Counted from the whole stretch's first letter, positions 1-11,619 are shown. The stretch is DNA of 62,941 nt, filler included, from 8 parts of 8 records of this genome joined end to end with filler, not necessarily neighbours in it; one strand, 5' to 3'. Program-made: numbers and translations. Notes: generated by a model not told the origin, from the sequence alone.

Positions 1-3000
1 CCCCCCTGAGCCCACAAGGGCGGTGATATTTTTCAAGGAATCTGTGGTGCCGTATCCGTCATCCACGGTAATCCAGTCTGAACTGACCCCGTTCAAATTG
101 ATATTAAGCCCTGAGCCATCTTCGTTTACCGGGGCATTATAATAGGAGACCCCGCCGTTGGTACCGTTTTCAGTGCCTCCGTCAATAATGTCCTCGCCCT
201 GCCCCCCTCAAAGACCATTTCCCGGCCGTCCCCGGTATAGGTATCGTCATAATAGGTGCCTTCAATATATTCGATATTCTCCAGGGTATCCGTGCCAAAG
301 TCGTGGGAGACCCGCACCGAATCTCCCATGCTCACCTGGATGCCTGAGCCACTGCCGCTGTAGATGTAGGAGGCCATATCAAAATCATCGGCACCGTTGA
401 GAAGACTGCTGCCATAGGCATGGCTGTAAAGGGTGTCTTCCCCGCTGCCCCCCATCAGGGTGTCACTGCCGACTCCCGTGTAAAGCTGATCATCCCCGTC
501 ACCGCCATCCAGATGGTTATTGCTGCCGTATCCGCCACCGGAAAGGGTGTCGTCCCCGCGGCCCCCCATCAGGGTGTCACTGCCCGAACTGCCGTAAAGT
601 TCATCGTCGCCGTCCCCGCCGGAAAGGCTGTCAGCCCCTTCCTCCCCCCAGAGGATATTGGCATTTTCATCCCCGATAAGGGTATCGCTGAACTGCGTGC
701 CTTCCAATTCAAGGATGCCGTCAATGGTGTCCTCAAACAAAGTGGGGCTGCCAGTGATATCCATGCCCCAGGCAAGTCCCTGGCCAAGATCGGCCTGAAC
801 CCCGTAGAGCCCGTCTCCTGATGCCCCAAGATCCCAGTATGAGAGCCAATTTGTGCCGTCGGTATAGGTGGAGGCATCCATGGAATCATCGCCAAGGGAG
901 CCTAAGAATCCAGTAATCCCATCGTCGTTGCCCATAATGGTGTCATCATAGGCAGAGCCTTGGACCGCCTCAATACCCGTCAGGGTGTCTTTCCCCCCAA
1001 ACCCATCAAGGGCTGTTCCCGCGGCAAGATCCACCTCCACACCCCCGGGATCCTGGTCATAGGAGACCAGCACGGTTTCGGTGTCAGACCCTTCAATGGA
1101 ATCATCCCCTGCCAGACCCTTCACCCACCACATATTATAAGAGCGTCCAGCTTCATCATAGATATCAAAAACAATGGTATCATCGCCCTGGGAGCCGATA
1201 ATCCCGGAAATATTGCTCAGGGTATCTGTCCCCCCATAGCCGTCATAGACAATGGATCCCTCAAAGGGATCTTCATTGTCAGGGGCATAATCAATCAGGG
1301 CATTAATCCCTTCATTGCCTTCCCCTGTGGGGTCATCTGAATAATCGGCCACATTGCCAAAGTCAAAATAGCTGGAAAAATAAACATAGGAGAGATAAAA
1401 GTCAAAATCGTAAAAACTGCCCCCGTTCAGGACATCGTCCCCGGCCCCACCGACCAGGGTGTCGCTTCCCTCATCCCCGTAAAGGGTGTTGTTTTGATCA
1501 TCCCCCACAAGCAGGTCGGCGTACCCGCTGCCCCGAATCCCTTTAATGTCCGAAAGAATGTCGGTGCCACCCAGACCGTCATCGGCCCGGCCCTCTTCAA
1601 GGTTGACAATGACCCCGTCCTGGGCAAAGGCGTAGGAAACCGTGGTATGGGAATCAGGATCACCCATAATGGTATCATCCCCCCCAAACCCTGTCAGGAT
1701 CCATTCCCCGTCAAAGTTACCGTCACTGGACACCTGGATGGTATCGTCATGGGCAGAGCCCATGGCCCGGGTCATATTGACCAGATCGTCGGTGTAGCCC
1801 CAGCCGTCCGTGGCCCAACCGGTAAGCCCCTCTAAGGAGTCATACCCAAGATGGATGTCTACGGCATCAGGGTCCACCGCATAAACCACCAGTGTTAAAT
1901 CCGCCCCCTCCATATCAACGGTGCCGCCGTCAAGGGAGTCATCCCCGGCCATACCGGCAAACTGACCTGAAACCGAATCAAGCCCTGTAATGGTGTCATT
2001 GGCCTGGGTCCCTGCAACCCCTGTCACATTGACCAGGGTGTCGGTGCCGCCCCAGCCGTCTTTAAAGGTCATCTCCCCATTGTCATCGGCCCCGTTCAAA
2101 TCAATCTCAATGCCGGTGCCCCCCACTTCATAGGGGTCATTGGAGTAGGAAACCACGCCATCCCCACTGTCGCTTAAACTCCCAGAGGCCTGGATATAGT
2201 CGTTTCCTTCCCCGCCTTCAAGGATCAGCCCAGATCCGCTGTCAATGAGGGTGTCATCATAGGCAGAGCCCTGGATGATCTCAATGCCGTAGAGGATGTC
2301 CTGGCTCTCAGATCCGTCGGTCACATTCAGGGAATAATAATAGCCGCCGTCATCGTAATAATAGTAAGATTCCGGGGATGAGACATCAAGATAGATGCCG
2401 GCCCCGTCATATTCATAGGTGGCAACGTCAAACCATCCCTCATCGCCGTAAAGGGTGTCGCTGCCCCCTAAGCCCATGAGAAAATCGTTGCCCCCGGAAC
2501 CGGCCAGTTCCTGAGCATCATTGGATCCGATCAAGGTATCACTGAATTGGGACCCTTCAAAATAGCGCAAATTTATAATGGAATCATTGAACAGCTCGTT
2601 GCCGTCGCCATCGTATCCCGTGGCAGTCTGGCCGGCCCCATGGATATAGATTCCGGCAAACCCTGTGTCAGTTCCCACCCATCCGTAGGAGACCCAGTCA
2701 TCACCGTCCATCCCGTTCATGGTATCATTGCCCAGGGTGCCGAAAAAACCGTCATCCCCTTCAGATCCGATAAGCAGATCCCCGGTAACACTGTCGTCAT
2801 AATCAGAGCCGCTGACCGCCTGGATATCGGTGAGGGAATCGGTGTTGCCCCAGCCGTCCACGGCAGAATCATTTCCCAGATCCACCGTGACATTGCCTGG
2901 ATCATCATTGTACATCACCCGGACCCGCGCCCCGTGGGTCCCGGTAATGCTGTCGGCCCCATTGCCTCCCCAGACATACCATCTCAGGTCGCTTTGGCCG

Positions 3001-6000
3001 TAATCATCTTCAATGGAGATGCTGATCTCATCATCAAAGGCCGAGCCCTGGAAGCGGGTGATGTTCATGAGAGTGTCAACACCACCCCAGCCGTCCTCCA
3101 CGGTGGAACCGTCAAAGGAGGCATCGGCCGCATCATAATGGATATCTGCGGCAATGGTCCCCTCATCATCTCCATAATCGGCAAAGTCCTTGACATCGCT
3201 TGTATCATAATAAAAATAGGCCGCCTCCATATTACCGCCGTCCAGGATATCGTTGCCCGCCCCGCCGGAAAGGATATCTTTGCCCTCTTCCCCCAGAAGG
3301 GTGTCATTGCCATCCCCACCGGACAAGGTATCATCCCCGTCTCCGCCGGAAAGGGAGTCATCCCCCTGCCCCTGCAAAAAATTATCCTTGTCGCTGCCGA
3401 TGATGGTGTCGCTGAATTCTGACCCGGACAGGTTTTCGATACCAGATACAGAATCCATAAAGAGGGTTCCCCCGTCCTGGTGGTGGCCCTGGACAAGGCC
3501 GGAGCCATCATTGGAGATGTCCGCCGTGATGCCGGCAAAATTCAAATCATCAACAGAGCCTGAGTCATACCCGATTTGATCCATGCCGTCCCCGCCGGAT
3601 AACGCATTGCTCCCGGCCCCGCCGTATAGGGTGTCGTTGCCGTCTCCCCCGGAAAGAACGTCATCCCCCGGGCCGCCAATGAGAAAATCATCTCCGTCCC
3701 CTCCGTCCAGGTCATCTTCTCCGGGACCGCCCATGAGGGAATCATCCCCATCTCCTCCGGCAAGGGAGTCATCTCCTGTCACCGTCTCATCTGAAGGCAT
3801 ATCCCCGTAAAGCAGATCATCTCCGTCCAGGCCATAGACAACATCCGAATCCCCCAGGCCATGAATTGTATCCGACAAAGAGGTGCCGATAATCTCTTCG
3901 GATGCGGATTCCATGGATATCTCGGCCCAGGCCCATGAAGTGGCCCCGGCCAGGTCCTCGGCATAATATTCAAAGGTATCCACCCCAGTGTAATCCCCGT
4001 CAGGGGTATATTCAAAATAGCCGGTGCCGGCATCCAGGTTCACAGCGCCGTGCTCAGGATCGGTATAGATATAATAGTACAGCTGCTCAGAGGTATCTGG
4101 ATCATAGGCCCCAAGCTGGCCTTCCATGGGCGTGTGCTCTTGGGTTGCCCCCAGTAGCTTGAGGCCACTGGGGCGTCATTGACAGAATTCACCATAATAT
4201 CCACGAAGGCCGTATCTGTATTGCCGTTGGCATCGCTGACCCCATAGGAAAAAGAATCACTGCCGTTGAAATCTGAATCCGGGGTATAGGTAATGGTGCT
4301 GTCTTCATTCACAACAATACTGCCAAAGGCGGGTGAGGAGGACCAATCCAGGATCAGGCTGTCACTCTCAGGATCGGTATCGTTGGCAAGGACATCAATG
4401 GTGACGGCATTGTCTTCATCGGTGGAGACCGTATCATCTTCCGCATCCGGGGCACCGTTAACCCATACGGTCACCCTGGCCGTATCAATCCCGCCCTTGC
4501 CGTCGCTGACCGTGTACTCAAAGCTGTCCTCCCCATCAAACCCGTCACCCGGGGTATATGTAAGGGTGTTATCCGGGTTGATCACCACATTGCCGTGGGC
4601 CGGATCGGTGGTCTCTGTAACGGTCAATGCATACGCGAGATCTTCGTCTTCGTCGTTGGCCAGCACATCAATGGAAACGGCTGTATTCTCGTTGGTATGG
4701 ACAATACCATCGTCATAACCTGTTACCGGGCCGTTGACCGTCACGGTCACCATGGCCGTATCCGCATCCCCCTGACCATCTTTCACCGTGTAGGTAAAGG
4801 AATCAATGCCAACAAAATCGGTGCCCGGCGTATACAATAGAGATTGGCCGCCTTGGCCAATGGAGACCGTGCCGCTTGCAGGTTCTGTGACATAGTGGAG
4901 GGAAAGCCCGCCCCCGTCGGGATCCTCGTCATTGTCCAGCACATCAATGGCAATATCCTGGCCCTGCTGGGTCAAGGCAGTGTCCTCTGCGGCCCGGGGC
5001 GTATCGTTCACCGGTGATATGCTTACAGTCACCGAACCTGTGGCCCTGCCGCCCTTGCCGTCGGCAATGGTATAATTAAAAGTATCTGTGCCGTTGAAAT
5101 CCTGGGCAGCCGTATAGATCAGGCTATCCCCGGACTGGGAAACACTTCCGCCGGCCCCCTGGGTAAAATCGTCAATACTAAGGCTGTCCCCTTCCGGATC
5201 AGAGTCATTGGCCAGGACATTGATAATGATGGGAGTGCCGTCTTCCTCACCGCTTGCGGTATCGTCTACGGCAACCGGTCCCAGGTTTATATCACCGGTC
5301 TGATCTTCGTCACCGCCCTGGGTGCCGGTGTCCTCATCCTGGCCCTGGTCATCCTCATCCTCTCCTGCGGCCGCATAGTATTGAAGCGCCCCCTGGTCAT
5401 CCACCTCCACAAGCCCGACAACCGTGTATCCGGTGTCTGGGTCATCTTGGTCCCCCTGGTCCCCGGTGTCCGGGTTGTCATCCTCATTTGGGTCATCCTC
5501 CCCTGAGGGCTCAAATTCTTCGGGTGCCTCAGGCGTCAAATTTTCCAGGGCCCGGGCCTGGGCCTCGGCCTCGGCCTGGGCCTGGGCTGCGGCGGCTTTT
5601 GCCGCGTCTGCCTCAGCCTGGGCCTTTGCCGCCTCTGCCTGGGCAGCCTCAAGGGCCGCTTGTGCCTCGGCAATGGCCTCTTCATCCCCGGTTTCCATGG
5701 CCGCCTCAAGGGCAGCCTCTGCCTCTTCTTCTGCTTCAGTTGCAGCATCCGCCTCGGCCTCAGCCTCTTGAGCTGCCTGCTCAGCCTGTTCTGCGGCAGC
5801 TTCTGCCTCGGCCGCATCCACACGGGCGTTCAGTTCTGCCTGACGGGCCGGATCCATATCCACGGAGCTGGGAGCGGCATTTTGAAAACGATTCAACTCC
5901 TGGCGGCTCATATTTCTGGGAGCGCCCAGGGCCTGGCCGGCAAGAAGATCCATGATTTTCAAAGGATCACTGATGAACTGAATATTGCCCTGGGAATCCT

Positions 6001-6448
6001 GAACCACCAGGACATGGCCCTTTCCAATGGTTTCAACGCCGATGGATTCCTGTCCCTCTCCGATATCGCTGTTCACAACGGTGCCGCGAATACCGATCAA
6101 GGCCATGGGGGATTTAAGCTTGAAATTGTCGGGATTTTCCTTGGCAATCTCACCGGTCACCGTCCTGAACACCCCTTTTCCCATCTCCAAAAGCAGGCTG
6201 GCACCGGCCGCATTATCAGGATCGTATACATAGGTATTAATCACGGCCTCGGCGTTTTCGCCCTGGGATAAACTGGTTTCGTCGTTAAACAGAATTTCCA
6301 GATTACTTTGGGCCTGGGTGACAATGGTATCCCCTTGAAAAATATCACTGTCCTGTTGCAATTCCCGCGTTCCAGCCTCGGATATGGCCCTGGCCTGGCC
6401 ATTGAGCAGGATAACCTTTCCCACAGGACCTGTGCTGTTATTCTCCAT
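1..6448 (-). CDS. Giant RTX/T1SS-type adhesin: N-terminal FecR-like (retention-type) domain, Ala/Glu coiled coil, cadherin-like/Ig repeats, then many GGxGxD Ca-binding repeats; >2100 aa, 3' end runs off the window; two frameshifts
   Basis: ORFs 4040..6448 and 126..4127 join across a C5 run at 4148-4152. After a C6 run at 202-207 another frame stays open to base 1 (QGEDIIDGG...DGYGTTDSLKNI). Motifs: VGKVILLNG...LIGIRGT, PVAVDD...IxVLANDxD...FTYTVxDG, GGDGDDxL. Confidence 0.88.
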
Positions 6449-6517
6449 AATTCACCCTTAAATCCCCTTGGATCATCATTACGAAACCAATCATCTGATA
6501 CTTTTTCGCATAAACGA

Positions 6518-6534
6518 TGCAAAATTCAAGCCGA
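6518..6534 (-). promoter_or_regulatory. Putative sigma54 (-24/-12) promoter of the giant RTX gene
   Basis: The minus strand reads TCGGCTTGAATTTTGCA (GG-N10-GC), about 70 nt upstream of the ATG at 6448. Confidence 0.55.
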
Positions 6535-6642
6535 ATCTTTCGCAGCCCCTGCCAATGGGCAAAGCGCTGCCCTGACCCTGTCCATTCTTTCCGGCTGTCC
6601 ATGGGACTGAGACTTTTTTTCACAAATTGTGTAATTTTCTTC

Positions 6643-7935
6643 TTATTTCGCGGAGGGGCAGGGGCCTTTTACCCAATAGACCTCAATTGCCCGGGAGACA
6701 TTTTTCAATTGCTTTTTGCCCAGGCTTTGGCAGTCATACCGGTTTGGAATCTGCCCATGGGTGACATGGCTGATAAAAAGTTTTGATGCATGGGAAATCG
6801 CCCCGATCCGGGCGGCAATCACCGTAACGATCCCCGAGGCGGTGTAGGTCCATCGTTCCCCGGCAATACCCGTCATCCGGGTGGTGCCCACATGGGCCCG
6901 ACCCGAGCTGATGCCCAGATGAAGTGCCACAGGCCCCAGGGATAAGTATACTCGGCATTCAGGCGACGATTTTCCTCGACAATGGCCAGGCCGGACCGAA
7001 CAGCGGCATCGGCATGGTTGCCGGGAAGATCTGCCTTAAAAATAACCATCACCCCGTCGCCGGAGGTTTCATTGACTTCGCCCCCGTTGGCGGCAACACA
7101 GCTTAAATACGCACTGAAATGGGTTTCAATCATGTGATTAACCATTTCCTGGTCATATTTTTCTGTCATGCCCGAGAACCCTGCGACATCCACAAAAAGG
7201 ATGGAAACCGTCATGGGGATCTTCCCCTGGCCCAGGGTTTCCGGTGCCTGCTCCGCCATGTTCACAACGCTTGGGGGCACGAATTTCGTTAAATGACGCT
7301 TAAGGGTTTCCAGGGATTCGTTGAGGATCAAGGCTTTTTTTAAATCCTCGGCATAGACCTTGGTATCATGGTAAAGCCGGGCATTTTCAAGGGCAATGGC
7401 CAGGTAATGGGATATGGCGGTTAAAAAGACTTGGTCCTCCGCTGTGAAATACCCTGTTCCGGCGTTCAGCACCTGGATGACACCCATACATTTATCCTGG
7501 CGATTTATCAGGGGGATGCACAAAATGCTTTGGGTTTTAAATCCGGATTTTTCATCAACACCCGGGTAAAACCTGGGATCATTGTATACCTCGTTGATCA
7601 ATGCCGGCTTTTGATGGGTAAACACCCATCCGGCGACGCCGGTATCCGCCGGGATTCGGATTTCGTCCTCTTCCATTCCCGTTGCCACCAATGACCAGAG
7701 GCTCGCAGGTCTTCTCGTCATATAAAAACACCGTGCTTCTCCGGGCCTTCATAATCTGGTTGGTCTTTTCATTAATGAGAAGAAACAAGCGATTCAGGCG
7801 GATCTCGGATGTGATGGTCTGTCCCAGCAGGAAAAGGGATTCAAACCGCTCAATCTGTCGGCGAATCCGGCTGTCTTCAAGACGCCTGCCCGCACCCCGC
7901 CTGTCTTTGCCACCGGCATTAAATCCCATATTCAT
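6643..7935 (-). CDS. GAF-domain class III nucleotide cyclase (two frameshifts, ~7705 and ~6935)
   Basis: ORFs 7579..7935, 6873..7721 and 6643..6930 join into a GAF domain (GVAGWV...YNDPRF...SILCIPL...GVIQVLN) plus a cyclase domain (SILFVDVAGFS, SGDGVMVIF, LHLGISSG, YTASG...AARI, LKNV). Confidence 0.85.
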
Positions 7936-7985
7936 ATCAGTCCCCCAAGGGTAAGGCGATACAGGTCGCCCGACTCGGACCCAGG

Positions 7986-9737
7986 CTAACCAAATACCAG
8001 TTCGTTATCCGCCTCCACCTGGAAATTATCTGCGGTCAGGGCGGCCAACTCACTCTGGTCAATTGCATCCAGGGTGGCCACCAGGTGTAGTTCGCTTGCA
8101 TCCACCTGGCCGGTGCAGCAATCGGTATTGGTATCCCCCTCCCAAAAGTACACCCGGGATTCATTGCCGCCCTCGTCGGACAGAATAAAATAGGTGCCGT
8201 CACCAGTTTCCACATCTGACACAGCGGTCTCAATGAGATCGGCCACATCTGACCAGTCCCAGCAGTTCCCCACCGTAGCGCCGGTGATTGCAACAATCTG
8301 ATAATCCGTGGTATCCACAGGGTCAGCCTCTGAATTCCCGGCATCAAAAAGGGTGAAAAGAACCCCATCCTCGCTCCCGGTTGATGAAAAGCCCAGGCCC
8401 TGGGACCCTTCTACGAATTTTAAAACATCCACAGCATTCCCATTGGAAGAAATCTCAAAATCCGTGATCAGGTCATCGTTGGCCGTACCATCTTGTACCG
8501 AGGCCTCGCTAAAGGAAAACGTGTCATTGCCGTCGGAGCCGGTGAGGGTATCAACCCCGCTGCCTCCTGCAATCTGGTCGTCGCCCTCACCTCCCACAAG
8601 CGTATCACTGCCGTCCTGGCCTTTCAGGGTGTCGCTGCCGCTTCCCCCGGTCAGGGAATCATCACCGCCGTTGCCGTAAAAGGCCATACTCTGGGTATGG
8701 GCGGTCAGGGTGTCATCGGCATCGGTCCCGCCAATGGCCTCCACATCTTCCAGGCTGTCCTGAAACCATACATCCGCCGGGGTTTGCATATCTTTCAGAA
8801 TGGCCAAGCCGCCCTCTGCAGCATTGTAATACAGCCCGTAGGAAGCATCTGAAAGCCCGCTGTAATCCACATAGTCAAAGCCGCTGCCGCCGTTTATTTG
8901 GTCCTCTCCGGATGTGGCAATGAACCGGTCGTTTCCCTCATCGCCATACAATGTGTCACCACTCCCGCTAAGACCGGTAATGGTGTCCCCATAGTCGGAA
9001 CCAACGACCATGACCATGTTCTCAATGGTGTCCGTATCCCCCCAGCCGTCTGTGGCGGACCCGTCTTCAAGGCTGACCACAACCCCGGCGGGATTGTCAT
9101 CATAGGACACCCCGGTTCCCGCATTAAGGGTACCGGTCAAGGTATCATCCCCGGACATACCGTTGGCAAAGAACACAAGGCTGTTATCTCCCCCATATTC
9201 GGTGGTCACATTCAGGGTAATGGAATCATCATACCCACTGCCCTTGATATAGTTGATATTGGTAAAGGTATCTGTGCTGCCCCAGGGGTCAACAACGTAG
9301 GAGTGATCAAAGGGATTATCACTTTCAGCGTCATAGTTGAGCTGGGCATAGATACCGGAAAGGCTGTCATGGTTCAGGGTATAATCGCTGTCCAGAGTGT
9401 AATAATAAGACAAGGTGTTGGTGACCAGGGAACCGGATAGCGTCCCGCCATCGATGACATCCTCCCCGCCCATGGGGTCAAACCAATTGTTTGTATCGTC
9501 CTGACCAATGAGGGTGTCCCCATAGGCTGACCCCACAATCCCCTCAATATTTTGAAGATAGTCAATATTACCCCAGCCGTCTGTAACCTCCACCCAGCCG
9601 TCTTCATCAGGATCATACCCCAGGTTCACATAAACCCCGTCACCCTCCCGGTCAATATCGTTGAAATAGGAGACCCCGGCTTCCATATCGCCATCCTCCT
9701 CAACCCCGCCGTCGATGGTATCACTGCCCTCTCCCCC
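7986..9737 (-). CDS. C-terminal part of a second RTX Ca-binding repeat protein (5' truncated by fragment end)
   Basis: The frame is open to 9737. It has GGxGxDxL repeats, the same DGWGxxDxL repeat unit as the gene at 1-6448, and GxDGNDTFxF...DLITDF near the C-terminus as in T1SS substrates. Confidence 0.85.
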   Translation of the reverse strand, partial: GGEGSDTIDGGVEEDGDMEAGVSYFNDIDREGDGVYVNLGYDPDEDGWVEVTDGWGNIDYLQNIEGIVGSAYGDTLIGQDDTNNWFDPMGGEDVIDGGTLSGSLVTNTLSYYYTLDSDYTLNHDSLSGIYAQLNYDAESDNPFDHSYVVDPWGSTDTFTNINYIKGSGYDDSITLNVTTEYGGDNSLVFFANGMSGDDTLTGTLNAGTGVSYDDNPAGVVVSLEDGSATDGWGDTDTIENMVMVVGSDYGDTITGLSGSGDTLYGDEGNDRFIATSGEDQINGGSGFDYVDYSGLSDASYGLYYNAAEGGLAILKDMQTPADVWFQDSLEDVEAIGGTDADDTLTAHTQSMAFYGNGGDDSLTGGSGSDTLKGQDGSDTLVGGEGDDQIAGGSGVDTLTGSDGNDTFSFSEASVQDGTANDDLITDFEISSNGNAVDVLKFVEGSQGLGFSSTGSEDGVLFTLFDAGNSEADPVDTTDYQIVAITGATVGNCWDWSDVADLIETAVSDVETGDGTYFILSDEGGNESRVYFWEGDTNTDCCTGQVDASELHLVATLDAIDQSELAALTADNFQVEADNELVFG

Positions 9738-9837
9738 NNNNNNNNNNNNNNNNNNNNNNNNNNNNNNNNNNNNNNNNNNNNTTAATTAATTAANNNNNNN
9801 NNNNNNNNNNNNNNNNNNNNNNNNNNNNNNNNNNNNN
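9738..9837. other. Artificial contig spacer (N44-TTAATTAATTAA-N44)
   Basis: Six-frame stop linker inside N runs, identical at all seven junctions. Confidence 0.98.
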
Positions 9838-10876
9838 GCCGGCGGCGTCGCCCACGACTTCAACAACATACTTGGGGCCATCATGGGGTACACCGAGCTC
9901 ACCCTGAAAGGGATGAGCACCGAGGACCCTTTTCGCGGCAACCTTTCAAAAATCCTCGACGCGGCCCAACGCTCAGCAGCTCTAATTCGCCAGCTGCTGA
10001 TCTTCGCACGCAAACATAGCGTGACGCCGGTGCTGATCAACCTGAACACCTCAGTTAAAAACATGCTGAAGATGTTGCAGCGGCTGATCGGAGAGAACAT
10101 CGAACTGACCTGGCTCCCCACCGAAGCCTCCTGCACCGTCAGAATGGATCCTTCCCAACTGGACCAGATACTGGCCAACTTATGCGTCAATGCCAGAGAC
10201 GCCATCACCGATATCGGCATGATCACCATTAAAACCAACGTGGTTGCTTTCGATGAGACGACCTGCAACATCAATGTCGATTGCGAACCGGGCGATTATG
10301 CCCAACTGGCCGTTATCGACAACGGCTGCGGAATCGAAAAAGAGACCGCACAGCACATTTTCGAGCCGTTCTTCACCACCAAAGCGGTCGGCAAAGGCAC
10401 AGGGATGGGGCTCTCCACCGTTTATGGTATTGTCAAGGAGAACAACGGCTTTATCAACTTCTACAGCGAAGGAGCAAACAATAGCAGATGATGACATTCC
10501 CCGTGGCCAGGGCGAAACCATTCTGATGGTCGAAGACGACCCGACGTTCATGGATATGGGCAGGGTCATGCTCGAATTCTTGGGCTATGAGGTCTTAATG
10601 GCAGCGACGCCCAGCGACGCCATAACCCTTGTCGAAAACGATGACAGTGAAATCCATCTCTTTCTCAGCGATGTGGTCATGCCGGAGATGAACGGCAGGG
10701 AGCTGATCGATCGCCTCCTCGAGATTCGTCCGGGCGTCAAACACCTTTTTATGTCCGGCTACGCAGCGGATGTCATCGTGGATAGGGGCAATCTGGATCG
10801 AGGAGGAAATTTCATCCAGAAACCATTCACATTGAAAGAGATGGCCGCTAAAGTTCATGAAATGCTGGGATCTTAA
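9838..10876 (+). CDS. Hybrid sensor histidine kinase (HisKA-HATPase-REC), 5' truncated, frame broken near 10470
   Basis: [13 protein letters not shown]-box, [28 protein letters not shown]; receiver ILMVEDD...[10 protein letters not shown]...FIQKPF is in another frame. Confidence 0.9.
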
Positions 10877-10913
10877 GAAATGGAAGAACGCTCATAAACT
10901 TATAACGTCACTC

Positions 10914-11039
10914 TATTAAACCGGAAATGAAATAGACCAACCTCCGTCATCCCGGGCTTGATCCGGGATCCAGTAACCCCTTGAGTTACGGCTTTCGCCG
11001 GAGTGAAGTACAATGGGGTTTTCAGTTGCCGGGTTAATA
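10914..11039. mobile_element. MITE/REP-like element with imperfect terminal inverted repeats and internal hairpins
   Basis: Left end TATTAAACCGGAAATGAAA versus the reverse complement of the right end, TATTAACCCGGCAACTGAAA. Internal GTCATCCCGGGCTTGATCCGGGATCC and CGGCTTTCGCCG hairpins. Confidence 0.6.
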
Positions 11040-11044
11040 ATACC

Positions 11045-11330
11045 TATCTATCAGATCGTACCCTTCTTCCAAAACCATCCGTTCACCTCTCTGGCGCAAA
11101 TAGTGACAAATGGCTGCGATAGCATCCGTACCCCAGTCAATCGGGTCATGGTAGATCCCAATTCGGTGGTCCCATAGTAGTAAAACGAACTGCGCGCTTT
11201 GATCTTGGCCGGTGGTTTGCCGGGGATAAAAAATCCACGCCGGATCAATGCCGTATAACCTTGCGGCGCATTCGGCGAAACGATCCTAAATCCGGCCCTC
11301 AGCCTCAAGGACACATCTTCATTGCAACGA
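11045..11330 (-). pseudogene. Decayed C-terminal HTH region of a REP-associated (RAYT/IS200-like) transposase
   Basis: Across frameshifts the minus strand reads AARLYGIDPAWIF/PGKPPAKIKARSSFYYYGTTELGSTMTRL...LSQPFVTIC/RGERMVLEEGYDL. This resembles the ARSLLCYWAVRELG...SQPAVS...RGE tail of such transposases; recognised from memory, not by search. Confidence 0.55.
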
Positions 11331-11349
11331 CCCATTAAGCTTTTGAGAA

Positions 11350-11435
11350 TCGTACTCGCACTCGTACACGTACACGTACTCGGTTTCCGATCCTATGGTG
11401 CCTCTCTTCGAGAGCAAGTACGTGTACGAACACGA
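11350..11435. repeat. Imperfect inverted repeat built of CGTACW hexamers
   Basis: TCGTACTCGCACTCGTACACGTACACGTACTCG (11350-11382) and the complementary arm CGAGAGCAAGTACGTGTACGAACACGA (11409-11435). Confidence 0.65.
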
Positions 11436-11619
11436 AAACCACAATCCCCCGATTTGGTAGATAGTCCCATTTACTTTTAGACGGCGTGCCTAATTCGGAT
11501 AGCGTTGGATTTGCATTCCGTCCAAGCGTGCACATATTTTTATCCAACCCCGCCCGTGCGCCGGGGAAAAGATCGACCAGGTGCGCCATCGGCTTTTACC
11601 CGAACCGAGGAAGGCCGCT

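Noticed and set aside
1..9737. Fragment 1 being circular, so that 7986-9737 is the tail of the gene at 1-6448
   Set aside because: No terminal overlap is visible and base 1 is just the window edge. Two paralogues is the more conservative reading.
11210..11335. GC-rich self-complementary stretch as a riboswitch or ncRNA; ORF 11051..11335 as an intact gene
   Set aside because: No known riboswitch motif was recognised. The region is better explained as a frameshifted transposase remnant.
11335..11589. ORF with an RVRVRVRVR tract, or the hexamers as a CRISPR array
   Set aside because: It is only the translation of a hexamer repeat. There is no repeat-spacer periodicity and no cas gene.
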